A stretch of DNA of 20,000 nucleotides from assembly GCA_038087875.1 (NCBI GenBank), contig JAXLNO010000355.1:112615-132614 (forward strand). Reading direction: 5' to 3'. The notes beneath the pieces are model-generated. The model was not told the DNA's origin and made no database searches. It saw only the letters and a program-made list of their open reading frames with translations. The position numbers and the translations under genes were made by a program. This DNA is from Malacoraja senta (Eukaryota). This document shows, piece after piece, positions 1 through 12,624 of the stretch. Every line of letters begins with the position of its first letter. The first letter of the stretch is position 1.

Positions 1-795
1 TCAGCGCACAAGCGGCGGCCGGCCCGGGATACCCGTCCGCTTTAGCTCCCCACGCCGCCCATGTCGGCTCCTACTCGGGCGCCGCTTTCAACTCCACGCG
101 GGACTTTATCTTCCGCAGCCGCGGCTACACCGATTCGAGCCCGGGCTCTGGCCAGCACGGTATCTTCGGACCGAGCCCCGGGGGCTTACATCACCCACAT
201 TCGGACACCTCGGCACATATTCTGTTCCCCGGCATCCACGAACAAGGAGCATCGCATCCGTCTCCAAACGCGCACGTCCTGAACGGCCAAATGCGCTTGG
301 GGCTGTCCGGTGAAGTATTCGGGCGCTCGGACCAGTGTCCCAGGACTGACCCCTTCTCGGCAGCCCAGGTGCACCATCACCACCACAACTATGGACAGAT
401 GAATATGAACATGGGTATGAATATGGCAACGCATCGCGGTGCAGGAGCCTTCTTCCGATACATGCGGCAACCCATCAAGCAGGAACTCATCTGTAAGTGG
501 GTCGATCCCGAACAACTCGCCAACCCCAAAAAGTCCTGCAACAAAACCTTCAGCACTATGCACGAGTTGGTCACCCACGTTTCGGTGGAGCATGTCGGAG
601 GTCCGGAGCAGACCAACCACATTTGCTTCTGGGAAGAGTGCGTCCGGGAAGGCAAGCCTTTCAAAGCCAAATACAAATTGGTGAATCATATCAGGGTTCA
701 CACCGGCGAGAAGCCGTTCCCCTGCCCGTTTCCCGGCTGCGGCAAAGTTTTCGCCCGGTCAGAGAACTTAAAAATCCACAAACGCACCCACACAG
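1..795 (+). CDS. zic2: Zic-family C2H2 zinc-finger transcription factor (ZIC2-like), coding exon 1, 5'-incomplete (start lies upstream of the window)
   Basis: The frame with codons starting at 3 is open from the window edge: [41 protein letters not shown]... It contains the ZOC motif [10 protein letters not shown] (87-116), the ZF-NC motif [14 protein letters not shown] (with psi-K-x-E SUMO-type site IKQE) and zinc fingers 1-3. It ends at the donor ACA G|gtaag (795/796, phase 1). The ORF-track ATG at 291 is internal. Family assignment is certain. The ZIC2 label (about 0.7) rests on [14 protein letters not shown], [18 protein letters not shown] and HVSVEH. Confidence 0.96.
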
Positions 796-930
796 GTAAG
801 CTCCAAACTTTCAGTCTCTCTCCCACCACAAACGCCGGGTCCGCGCTTCACGTTAACGCGGGAGAGACAGTCCCTCCCTCGCTACACACGAGTCAGGCTA
901 TTCTCTTCTCAGCGGATATTTCAACCGCTC
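1..930. promoter_or_regulatory. CpG island over exon 1 and the start of intron 1
   Basis: Visibly GC-rich with dense CpG, switching to AT-rich sequence at about 950. Not computed exactly. Confidence 0.8.
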
Positions 931-962
931 ACCGAATCACAACAATAAGGTGTCTGTTACCA

Positions 963-984
963 ATATATATATATATATATATAT
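963..984. repeat. (AT)11 microsatellite in intron 1
   Basis: atatatatatatatatatatat read directly. Confidence 0.95.
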
Positions 985-2686
985 TTAAATTGATAGCGTT
1001 TCGAAATTTAAAATTATTATTTTTTGAACTTTCTAAACCATTTGAAAAATCTCGTTGCTGCAACCTATAACAATCCGAGCAATAGTTTTAATTCCAGATT
1101 TTTTTTAATTGTGAAAGTTCCGTAAAATAATAACCAACGTAAAATATCTGACACATTTTAAAAGTAAATCAGTTTAATCGCTTATGTTTAAAAAAATCTA
1201 ACATGAGTAAAATTCCTGCTGTTCTGATGATAAGTAAAACAACATTTCACAAATTCTGGGCATTGAATTTCATCCAGAGAGCGAATGAATTACAGGTCCC
1301 TGGCCTATAAAAAATACATGAAAACATTTAAAGATTTGCATTCTTATATTCGAAGGTTTTGCCTTGGGTCAGAGATTTAAAATGCATAAAGATATAACGG
1401 GTAGGAAGCAGAAAAGCCTTCCGGAGACGGCATGTATGACTTGCAAATTATGTCGCATTGCATAATATCTCTCTCCAGCGTATGGAATTATGTCATCAGT
1501 AGTGGCCTGTGTTTGCACCATAAACTTTGAATATAGGTCAACATGCAATGTAAGGACAGAGAGTAAATTCTTGTGTGTGAAACGAGGCAGCTGAGAAATT
1601 CATCCATTCTCCATCGCGCGCCATTCATTATTTTCAATCATGTTTTTATTTTCTAAATCGCTGGTTCTTCAAAAGGGAGAGATAAACAAAAGCGGTAATT
1701 AATTAATAAGTTATTTAAAATAAACATGCACTATAATGACTTGATCCAGAGTGGTGGAAGGATGTAGGCCTATTGTTCGCTCAAGTGTACGATTAATCAT
1801 ATGTGCTAGACGTGTCTTTAGCTTGGATTTCAACTGGGAAATTTATTTCCTTGGAGTAGCAATCCTTCCGATTTCAAGGCGGTTTGCATATCTCTCGAAA
1901 ACCATTTAAATGCTAATAAATGTAATGTTGCATTGTTCCTCCGCGTTTAGCAATACTTCTGAGTGATTCACACCTCTTGGTTCCGCCGCCCAGGAATTGT
2001 CGATAAACAAAAGTTCAGAAGGGTGATTTTCGACCCCTAGATGCAATGACTAATTTTTTAAAAGAAAGTGTATTCCCCTTAAACATAAGCAAATGGGTTA
2101 GGACTTTATTAAAAACATGTTTCTACACAGGAGCATCAACGCGGTGGCGGTAACTTGGAGGGGAGGGATATATTGGTTCATAAAACCGCTGACCATTTTA
2201 TTTGGTATAGTTCATTTCAAAAATTCATTCGGATAGATGCATTTAATACACATGCTCATTCTGAAAGTCCAAATAGATTATTTATCTCCAGTCTGCCACT
2301 GCGTTAGTGCGAGGTCCCACGTTACAATCAGCTGGGAACCTTCTAATCGTGGCTTTACATTTCGAGAAATGAACCCGACCAATGTAAACCAAGTGGTCGC
2401 ACAATCACATCATTGAAACCCAAAGGCGAATCATTTTTGTCAAGTACATTTCCGTACACAGTCTTTCCAATTTGGGATGTTTCATTTGAAATATTTTAGT
2501 TGTATCTTGCCTGCAATTACAAATGTCAGGGCAGATCATTAATACCGATGATTGATAATATGAAGTGTTTTTTAAAAATAATAAACCAAGTATTTAAATC
2601 CAGGTGCTTTGCAGGGCGTATAATGTGGCGCTCACGTTGAGAGATGCGAGCGATGGAAGGAGCTATGTATGCTTGGTTTTATTTGA

Positions 2687-3206
<520 letters not shown>

Positions 3207-4100
3207 AAAAAGACCAAAGGCCCCAAACGTGGAAGATCGTCACCTCCGTCTCTAAACTTGAAAATAGATCAAACAGCTTTATCTGCAGTCTGCGTTAAAG
3301 GAAAACTGAGAACGAAATAAACCCCCCATACCAGCAATACCGAGTTGCAGTGATTTTGCAGAAATGAAGATCAAATTTTATTTATGTCTCACGGAACAAA
3401 TATTTAGGCTACTTTTACAATTTCGTGCGAAAGAAGCTTTGACTGTCTGCTGAACTGGATTTGGGATCTTTGAGACTGAGTGTTCTTTCACAGCTAGTGA
3501 TTTCTTCCTTGTGATGACAAGGCTTCCCAAATTGGACATAATGGAAGCACAAACGGACAGAGAAAATGATTTCCTTGTATTTTAATGCTGAAAGTTAAGT
3601 CGTCCTTTGCAGGGAGACAGATTGTAAAATCTTCATCCAATCATATAGAATGGAAACTGTGCCAAAGTCAAGTTACAGTTCACAAATACACATAAAGAAC
3701 ACGATTAATTGCTTGTGAATGTATTTCTTCTGTTAGCTGCGTTTTTATCTTGTGATGTTTTGTGCTTTGCAAGTTTAAATTGTGAAATACTATTGGAAGA
3801 TTGTGAAAAAGTCGTGCTGTTAATTTTTGTAACAACAATACCCAATCTGTAAATAGCCGCCTTACCATATTTATCCCAGTTGTAATTAAATTATGGTATT
3901 AACTTGTTACAGATGAAACAATATTTATAAAGAATGTTTCTTAACTATAAATATGTACAATTGTGAGGTAAACATCAGATTGTTCAGATTGTTCTCGTTT
4001 TAATTTCTAGATAAAGCAACGTTTCCCTCTTCTTGTGTGATGTCCTGAGATCATTAACAGCATACAAAGGTATAATAAAACGTGTTCAGGTGTATTCGCT
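3207..4100 (+). other. 3'UTR of the Zic gene
   Basis: AU-rich sequence after the stop. Carries a miR-96-type site GTGCCAAA (3659-3666), a Pumilio element TGTAAATA (3848-3855) and AATAAA at 4074-4079. The cleavage site is estimated. Confidence 0.75.
4074..4079 (+). terminator. Polyadenylation signal AATAAA
   Basis: Canonical hexamer followed by GT/T-rich sequence (cgtgttcaggtgtattc...ttatttt). A second AATAAA at 3316-3321 lacks an obvious downstream element. Confidence 0.7.
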
Positions 4101-5989
4101 GATATCGTTATTATTTTAGGCCGTGTTAATTCCTCGCTCCTTTTGGTCTATGTTACATTTGTTGGAGTTCTACTCAGCAACTTCTCTGAATGCTGTTCCA
4201 TATAATTTATAATAGATTTGAGGGGATTTGTCGCTGTGAACCATCAGCAGTTTCCTTAAAGTCCATGCAAACACACAGAATGGTGAACCAACTTACCTTC
4301 AGCACCTCAGGCAGATTTCATTTATTTCATTTTTGTTTAATTTACCTGTTACCCATCCGAGTAAATATTCACGCACATTTTCTTTCACAGCGGGAATTGG
4401 CGATTTAATGAATTATCGGATGTTTTATTTTGGACGGTTGCTTGGTCTGAAACAAGTTAGTAATGTCAAATTGTATAAAACGGTGGGATTGGTTTATAAT
4501 CATAAGAGAGAGTGGGGACGCGGGGGCGGGATTCGGTCACTGTTAATTAGTTCCTGCATATGGAATTGTTAAAACATAAGAATGTTCACAATTGGATGGA
4601 AATAGAGGTGGAATTCATTATCGCCCAGTTACAAAACCAGACACGTGTAAGAAGTGTTTTCGTTTGCATGTTGGCTGACGGCAAGGAATGGGCTCAGATT
4701 TGAGTTTAGGTTACTGGCATGGGGGAGGTTATGTATTCACTATAAAATCCGATTAAACGCCGCATCTGCTACTTGTTACATAGTCTGAGAGGAAAATGTG
4801 GGATTTATTTCCATACACTTTCGAATTCGAACAAAAAAAAGATCAGGAGCAGGAGCTGTGGAACGGTTTATGATACATATTAAAAAGTGGAAATGCTACC
4901 CGCGTTTCCCTTTTTTCCCAATTACACGGGCGCACATTTGGCGGCGAAACAAAACAACCTCGCGGGTTCTTGTTTACTCTCTCAGACTGACGGCGACGAC
5001 CGAAGGAAAGTAAGTTCAAACACGTTCAACTTCCGCCCTGCCCTTGAAACGAGCACAATCGCATAAAACACACAGCAAGCAGTTTCTCCCCTCGCAGCCA
5101 GCAATGTGGATTGCCCACGGGCAGAGAATACATTATACGTCAGGTTTCAAAATAATTTCTGTTAGTCTGAAAAGGACAACAAAACAAATAAACGTTTTTT
5201 TTATTCTTTGAGAGCACAGAAACTTGATGTGGTAGATTTTGGGAGCAAAAATAAACAAGGACTTGTTTGAGTGAACAAGACCACAAGCCAAGACAAACGA
5301 GGGTTTGATCGGAGGCACTTGAACTTGACTTTACCTCACTCGGGGCTATTCTCGTTCATTGTTTACATTTGGAGTCGCATGTCACACGTTTAAACAGAGT
5401 TGTTCCGTTTCACCGCTCCTCTATTTTCTGTACAATGTGCGTTGCGTTTGGAGCATTTCCGTTAGCAAGCGGCTGGTGCGGCTCCACTACAGGTTAGTTA
5501 GGTAGCAACGTTGCACACTAAATGCTTCCCACGTCACACCTTCCAACACCACCAAATAAATATCAAGAGTTTATGCCAAGATCAACTTGCTGGGAAATTT
5601 ATGTACCTTTTTGTTCGGTTTGCTTCGATGTCTAATGACAGGTTTTGGCTAAAAGCGCAGACGGAAATCCTGACCGCGTTATTTATTGGCAAAATGTATA
5701 TTGGGACCGACACGAAGACAAATTGAGACGTAAAATGAATCTTAAAAGCGACTGTAAATGTGATACAACTCAGAATAACGCGGAAATGTCAATAGTTTTC
5801 AATTACGCGAACGCTATTAAACTGGGACATGCTTATCGTTGAACTAACTTTTATTGTTTAAATATGCAGAGGTTACAAAGATTTTGGAAGGGAATAGAAT
5901 TTGAAATCGGATAATCAGCGCTTTTAAGGGAACAAGGTGTCTGAAACTACAATGTGTGGTTCTCACAGTCCAATATCACAAGTGATAAC

Positions 5990-6300
5990 GCTGAAACAAC
6001 GTTACAATATAATCTTATAAAGAGATCATTAAATGGTCTATAAATTACCGATAGAGACCCACCTGAGGGCAGAGTGACTGCTGTATTGATAATTACAGAG
6101 GGATATGGCGAGTTCCTGTCAATCGAAATGGCAGCTCATAAATTATAAAGCTACCCTAATAAACATCCAATTGTGGCTCTCAAATCGACAGATTTTATGG
6201 TACGTTTCAAAGTTATAAGGCAATTTTAAGAAATAATTCAATTGACCCTGCTATTAATGATTAACAATATTGGGTTAACGTTACATTAAGAGCCACAATT
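5990..6300. promoter_or_regulatory. Candidate conserved non-coding element/enhancer downstream of the Zic gene
   Basis: Unique AT-rich block dense in TAAT/ATTA, TTTATGG and CATAAA (Hox/Cdx-like), TGTCAA (Meis-like), AACAAT (Sox) and ATTAATGATTAAC (HNF1-type). Conservation cannot be verified here. Confidence 0.4.
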
Positions 6301-9300
6301 GATGAGGTGGGTTGAAGTGGCTTTGTTTATATCTTACAGTTAGATATATTTGCATTCTACAATGAATCAGCTTGAGGTACATACACCAAACTGGCATTTC
6401 AAAGGCTGGAATTCTAAAGACGCTCAACAAATCTATATTTTGAAAAAATATCTTTAACATTGGTGTACTTATCAAATGTCAATGAGCGCGTTATTTTCTG
6501 ACTATCGATCAAGTTTTGTTATCCAATACAATATTTTTAATATGTTCGTTAAACGGGATACCAAAGCATAATTTCGCATAATAAAGTTATATAAAAGGTC
6601 AGCAAAGGGAAGGAATCGTGTAGTGATTTGGAATGTCCATAGATTGTCAACTGCGACAGTTTTCATCACCTGTGCAAAGCAGCCCAGAGTCATACAATTA
6701 AGAACTCGATAATATATGGGAAAGATTGACATTGTATATCTCTTGTTCACACGCACACGAGGAAATATAATTACAAAGTATTATGTATTAATATTGGAAG
6801 TAAAATTGCAAGTATTAATCCAAATGAAACCGCCCACTATTATATTTAACAGTTCTTTAGGGATTGACTAGGTACGAATCAATATAACGTCGTATTGGTA
6901 GGACGTGGAGTAATGTTATAACTCTGGATATAACTTTTAATATTTTAGCTACTCTAGCGTTCCTGCAAACTTAGAAGGCAATATTCAAATGATATTCATA
7001 TTTCCAGTTTTCCACGTATTTACCCATGAGTAAAATTAATAATAAGCTAATGACTGCATTTATTACAGGATTAGCGATGGTTCATTCTGTTTTATATTAA
7101 TGGCTTACTATGTACTTGTGTCGATCAAAGTGTGAGAGTGGGAGTAATTTGGTTACTGAAGTTCCACCAATTAAAATGATCACAAGCTTGTGTTCGTTAG
7201 CGTACAAATTATTTTCCTTGGAAAATAAATTAATCTCTTTGACTACTCTATTATGCAATCGCCACTCGTTAATTAAAATGTGACAAAGGTTCGTCGCAAA
7301 AAGGTATTACTCTGCGTTGATGGTGTGAATTAAGAAAATCTTTCGATTGTTGAAGGAGGGTTAAAAAAACTCCCGTTGACACCGGGGATGCGGAAAAAAA
7401 TAAGGATGATTATGAAGATGAAAAACGGCCAGAATAATGTTGATGGAGTAAATAGTGATGATGGTGATGATCTGACGACTACAGTAGGAGTCAAAGGCCA
7501 ACCCCTCGCCGTGTCCAGCTATCTGCTCACTGCTGACACAATCTGTTATGATATTGATACAAGATAGAAAAAGGGCGATATGATCGGAGGTTGAAGAGAT
7601 TCTGATGATTTTTAATATCAGAGCAGATTTAATTATCCAATTATATTAAGTCCAGTATAATCCTTTGTGAAGGATGGCTCGGATTTCTACTATTTTTCTC
7701 GAAACTCATACAGTAAACTACATATTTAAAAATTCGAGGATCGTTCAACACTTGACGCCCAAGTCAAAGTGTCAGATGCACAGAACACTAACCCGAGACC
7801 CGTCTGGGAATTCTCGTTCCATCCAGGCATTTGATTATATTTTGTTATAGGTTGTTACACGTATAAAGGTATAGATAGACATTTAGCTATGACAAAAAAA
7901 GTAATTGCCTGTGCAACAGGTAGATTGCTTTTCTTTGACGTTGATAGTACCCTACGCTTCGTTTCATTTTGAACAAAGGTGTTTACTTACACTGACCATG
8001 TCGCACTGTTTTGAAAGTAAGGAACTTTGTTCATAGATTTAAACGTTTCACATTCACTGTTTCTGTGACAATTATCTGTAGTTTTACGGCAATTATATTT
8101 GCAGCGTTCGTGCTCGTACCTGTAAAATGAGTGAAATTGACAGCGTAAATAGCAGAAATTGATACAGATTTTGTAGTTGATAATATATTTTATGAATAAC
8201 CAGCACATTGCGTTTTTCTTAATCAGACGTAAGTACAGTTATTCAATTGACAAATGTACAGGTTACTAGTCAGTATTTTCCGCGATTCACTCAAGTTACG
8301 AAGCTTGGTGGTGAGAAATCGCTCCGCTTCCAAATTAACTTGACATTGAATTTTTGAGAGCAAGCACTCTGGTGCACCAGCATTTCATAATAAGGTGAAT
8401 TAGTCAGGATGGTTACATAGTTTCGGGCTGAAGTTTCTCGCAGTCTGCTCTCGGCGAACTGGCATAGAAAAGTCGAGAACCCCGCCATGCCCGAATTTCC
8501 ATTGCAAAGCGAAAAATATGTTTGCCGATTATATTTGTCAGACCACGGGACATTTTCATTTCGTGAATGCGACCACGCGAAATCAAATGAAATCTGTATC
8601 ACAATTTGGATGCCATTGTTTGCCGACTACGATTCTAACACAAAAATCATGAACGGATTCTGGCGATGGAGTTTTAACTGCTTCAGACCATTCTCGGGCG
8701 CACAGCTGAGCTTATCACTGATGGCCACGCTGTGGTTCACATTTTAACACGATAGACACATTTCCAAAAAATGAGGATGACCTTACTTTTCTCCAATAAT
8801 ATATTATCAGTGCTATTCTGATCTCCTTAACATAGTGTCAAGTGAAACGGTCGGTTTCCTTCACACGAGTAAAGTGAAACAACGGTCAGTTTCCTTCCTA
8901 TACATACAAAGTTCACTGGAAAATCTCCGACGTTTAGAACATTAACGGTCTTATGATGAACTCATTCCACAACAGAGATATTGTTAGGAGAATTTAAAGA
9001 ACGATTTCATATTTTATTCGAATTGAAATCAAATCGACAATAACTAACAAGACCATAGAGTTTCGTCTAATGGCTCTGTAGCAGTTGCTAAAATGTGTTT
9101 ATTATTTGCTCATATCTCTTGACACTGTAAATCCATCTTTCGAATCCTTTGTGTTTTTTTATAGTTTTGTTCAGTTAAACTGTCTAAAATTGTTACTGTT
9201 TCGGAATGGGGGCGGGATGGTCAATGGTCACTCTTGAAAACAAGCGGAAAATAAATGACAATCAACAAGTTCAGTTGCGGCAATGTGTGTGGCTGGCTTT

Positions 9301-9543
9301 GACTGTTCGCAACAAGAATCAAACACCCCCTTAGACAAAGACGTATTGCAAATAAATGCCGGAGAGCAAGCAACATCGTTTATGCAATTTATTTATCTGT
9401 AATACGCACTATCTCACGCGCCGGATTTTAATCTGGTTAACATATTTATTGGAAATCCGTGAAATATGCTGTTCAGCGATCTTGGTGCCCTAATGTTCAC
9501 ATTTTAAAATACACAAATTCATGCTTTTAAAGTAATTGTTATA

Positions 9544-9670
9544 AGAAGGGTCTCGACCCGAAACGTTACCCATTTCATCTCTCCAGAGATGCTGCCTGTT
9601 CCGCTAAGTTACTCCAGCTTTTTGTGTCTATCTTCGGTTTAAGCCAGCATCTGCAGTTCCTTCTAACACA
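9544..9670 (+). mobile_element. Short Penelope-type terminal-repeat-derived interspersed repeat with hammerhead-ribozyme remnant
   Basis: agaagggtctcgacccgaaacgttacc...ctccagagatgctgcctg...ttactccagc...ccagcatctgcagttcc resembles a high-copy batoid repeat as I recall it. It includes the hairpin GGGT-CTCG-ACCC followed by GAAAC. Confidence 0.65.
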
Positions 9671-11504
9671 TTTTAGAACAGTATCCTTTCTATGTAAGAA
9701 ACGTGAGATGGTTTTCTAAATTTAGCCGAAGTTACTTTGCGGAAAGAAGACTCTATTTTAATGATCTGTCTGATAATTCCACTTTCTTTTTTGTTTTGTT
9801 CTTGAGAGTTCCTCTTTTTTGTGTGCCAAAACGTCCACATGGATTTAAGTGGCCGAACTGCGATTTCAGATGACAGACTTTAGCGGCAACCCCCGCTCAG
9901 CTGCTTTGTATGGCTATTATTTCCAGTAATGTCTCGGTCATTCTCCGGCCGAGCTTTCATTGTATTTGATGATTGCTGTTGGAAAAACTCCGGGCCAAAA
10001 ATAGACTGGAAAGGTGTGGACATAACGCTTTTATCTTTGCTTCAGTAACAAGGCAAACTGACTGTGTCGATTTTTGAAAAAGAGAGTTTAATTCTTTTCG
10101 CCTTGCTTTACTTGTCTAAATCTGGATATACGAGATCGCATTCTTCACAAATAGATGATCAAGACGCATTCAAATACATGCTTGTTACGAGAAACATATC
10201 GGTCCAGTAAATCATATTTACACATCTTTATTTTCTTTCCCATGCCAGTTCTATTCTAGAAACATATTGTCGGACTTGAATTTGTAAAGCTAACTCCTCC
10301 TGATGTGTTTCCTGCAAAATGTGCAAATAATGTATTTCCTACGCCGAAACTGAAGAAGATATATTCCACATTATCGAAACAGGAATTGCTGATGTTATCG
10401 CAATATTTTCCGGCTAAATGAATATAACAATTCTATACTTAACCGCAAGCTAATTTTCTCTATTTTCTTTTGTTGTTTTTTTAACCAGAGAACAGTGCAG
10501 GGATTTAAACCAAATGTATTAAGCACTGAAAAGAGTTTTCATAATAGAACCTGCTATTTGTACAGCTTGCAGCGCGAGAAGGATTATTCACAGCGAAGCT
10601 ATAAGATTTAATGTGTTATTTGCAATTCAATACTTTTGTACAATTGTCATTGAGTATGACGTTCAATACTTCAGGGCAGACTGTTCGACTATAAAACCAC
10701 GTTTTAATTATGAAGCCTCTTTCTAGTTTAGTGTAAACCCGAATTTTATTTTACATCGGGTCAAACCGAATAGTCGGGATCACCGAAATCATCGGGGACG
10801 TCCGTGCAACCAGATCTCAACACGACACGAAAAGGAAAACAAAACTGACGGAAATTAAATAAAAAACAACTAGCGTGGTTTGCTGCCTGAAGAGTTCGCC
10901 TTCTCTCCAATCCCCACCGCAGTTTTTTAGATCTGATTTACCCCCATGGCAAAGGAGGCGCTGCAAGAGAAATATTCAGCCTTTAAAAATATTCGTCTTT
11001 TATGTTTATAATGTAATCTGCTTTCAACACTTAAGTATTATCAATGGCCCCATAAAACCCCAAAATGCCGCATTAAGGAATTGACTGTTTTTTGTTGATG
11101 TTTTGTTCAGTTTTAGTACTTCTACCTCCTCGAGTACATTTGGGATAACTGGCACTTTTAGTTAAGGGTAATTGATTGTGTTAAACCCAGAACTCGCTGC
11201 GACAAATGATATGTGACAATAACACAAATACATTTAGGGGGAAGTGAAAACAACAATAGGAAGGAAGAAGGAGAGTTGAATTAAGATGAGAAGAGGCTTG
11301 TAGGGAGAATGAATCCAAGCGTGCAACATCTGGGCCGAATAGCCTTCTTCTGTGCCAGACATTTCCTTTATGTGATTGATTGCTTTCTTTAAATTGACAG
11401 CACAAATAGCAATTATTAGCCCTCTTGTAGATATTTGTACGTGTGACATCTGGAAAAAGACAAATTTTCTGTTTGACAATTTGATGGGCCTCACATTGGT
11501 CATG

Positions 11505-11706
11505 GATTCACAGAGGAATACAGCATAGAGGTAGGCCCTTCAGTCCAACTTGCCCGTGCTCATCCCATTTGCCTGCGCTTGGCCCATATCACTCTAAACT
11601 TTTTCTATCCATGTCCCTGTCCAAATGGCTTTTAAAAGTTGTATCTGTACCTGCCCCTACTACTTCCTCTGGCAGAGTGTTCCACATACTCACCAGCTTT
11701 TGTGAA
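11505..11706 (-). mobile_element. CR1-clade LINE 3' fragment
   Basis: The reverse complement reads ...TGGAACACTCTGCCAGAGGAAGTAGTAGGGGCAGGTACAGATACAACTTTTAAAAGCCATTTGGACAGG... (WNxLPEEVV...FKxHLD ORF2 C-terminus) plus a 3'UTR. It is homologous to 12795-13005. Confidence 0.85.
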
Positions 11707-11934
11707 TGCTCACCAACAGACTAATGCTGCATTCTAGAGTTTGTATAAATGGATATGGATTTTTGGCCTGGATAAAATGATGCATGTATTTTCGGAATTC
11801 ACGTGGTGTTATGAAATATGTTAAGGCTTGTGGCTGAAGTCTAAATTAGATCACCACTATTGTTTGAAAAGTGTAGCTACATAACAATGTCAGTTCAAAC
11901 GCAATACGTTGCAATAATGGTATAGTTGGAAGAA

Positions 11935-12012
11935 AATCAGAAAATTCAGGAAATACTCAACAAGTCAATCAATCAGCATATATGGAGGGAGAAAGAGTTA
12001 ATTATTGTTGAT
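11935..12012 (-). mobile_element. Possible highly decayed Penelope-type repeat fragment
   Basis: ggaaatactcaacaagtc...cagcatatatggagggaga loosely resembles the reverse complement of the 9580-9620 segment (ctccagagatgctgcctg...ttactccagc). Confidence 0.3.
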
Positions 12013-12429
12013 GGTCTGTCACTGCAATTGGAGAAAATATAAGAATCCATTTTATTTTAGGCATTTGCTGAGTAGGGAAGCTAAAAAAAGCATAAAGCAA
12101 GGAATGTCTGTGTTACAGAGAGCAGATGAGATGATGTGTCATCTGGAATGGTGGTCAAGGCAAAATATATGGGTAGTGGTGGATAAGGAAATATAAAGTG
12201 GATTAAGAGATGTGAAGATTGGAATTTGTTTGTAAAAATGACAGTACTTCAATATGTTTGTACTCATGATTGTAAACAGATTCGCACTTGAGCTGTCAAT
12301 AAGAGGCTTTATTAATTTGCAGGGCTTGAATGCCAATAACAAGGTTTCATTAATGATTAATGCTAATTGACCCTTAAGTCATTGCAACACACATGGTGAG
12401 GGAAAGCCCACAATGCAGTTAGATATGGA

Positions 12430-12612
12430 GTGCTTTCATTTTGACTCAGCAGTAGTGAAGGAATGCAATATACTTCATATTCAGAACAATGTGTGACAAG
12501 GAGGCAAACCTACAGGTGGTAGCAGCACCTGTTGTCCTTTCAAGTGAAAAAAGTTGCAAGAAGTGGTGCAGAGAGGGTTGTCATGTTGCAACAATGTATC
12601 TTGTAGATGGTG
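12430..12612 (-). mobile_element. Possible old LINE fragment
   Basis: gaaggaatgcaatatacttcatattcagaacaatgtgtgacaaggagg...caggtggt...tgtcctt resembles a chondrichthyan LINE segment from memory only. No clean reading frame. Confidence 0.3.
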
Positions 12613-12624
12613 CTGAGGCTAGAG

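Noticed and set aside
61..799. Overlapping alternative-frame and antisense ORFs in exon 1
   Set aside because: Expected by-products of GC-rich coding sequence, with no recognisable domains.
291..1070. 259-aa ORF as a complete gene
   Set aside because: The ATG is internal to exon 1. Residues after THTG are intron 1 read-through past a strong GTAAG donor and include a translated (AT)n repeat.
7400..7475. GAT-rich stretch that could encode an acidic peptide
   Set aside because: Degenerate trinucleotide low-complexity sequence without splice or coding support.
4100..11500. A ZIC3-B-like alternative terminal exon downstream
   Set aside because: No acceptor-flanked frame resembling that exon could be identified by eye.
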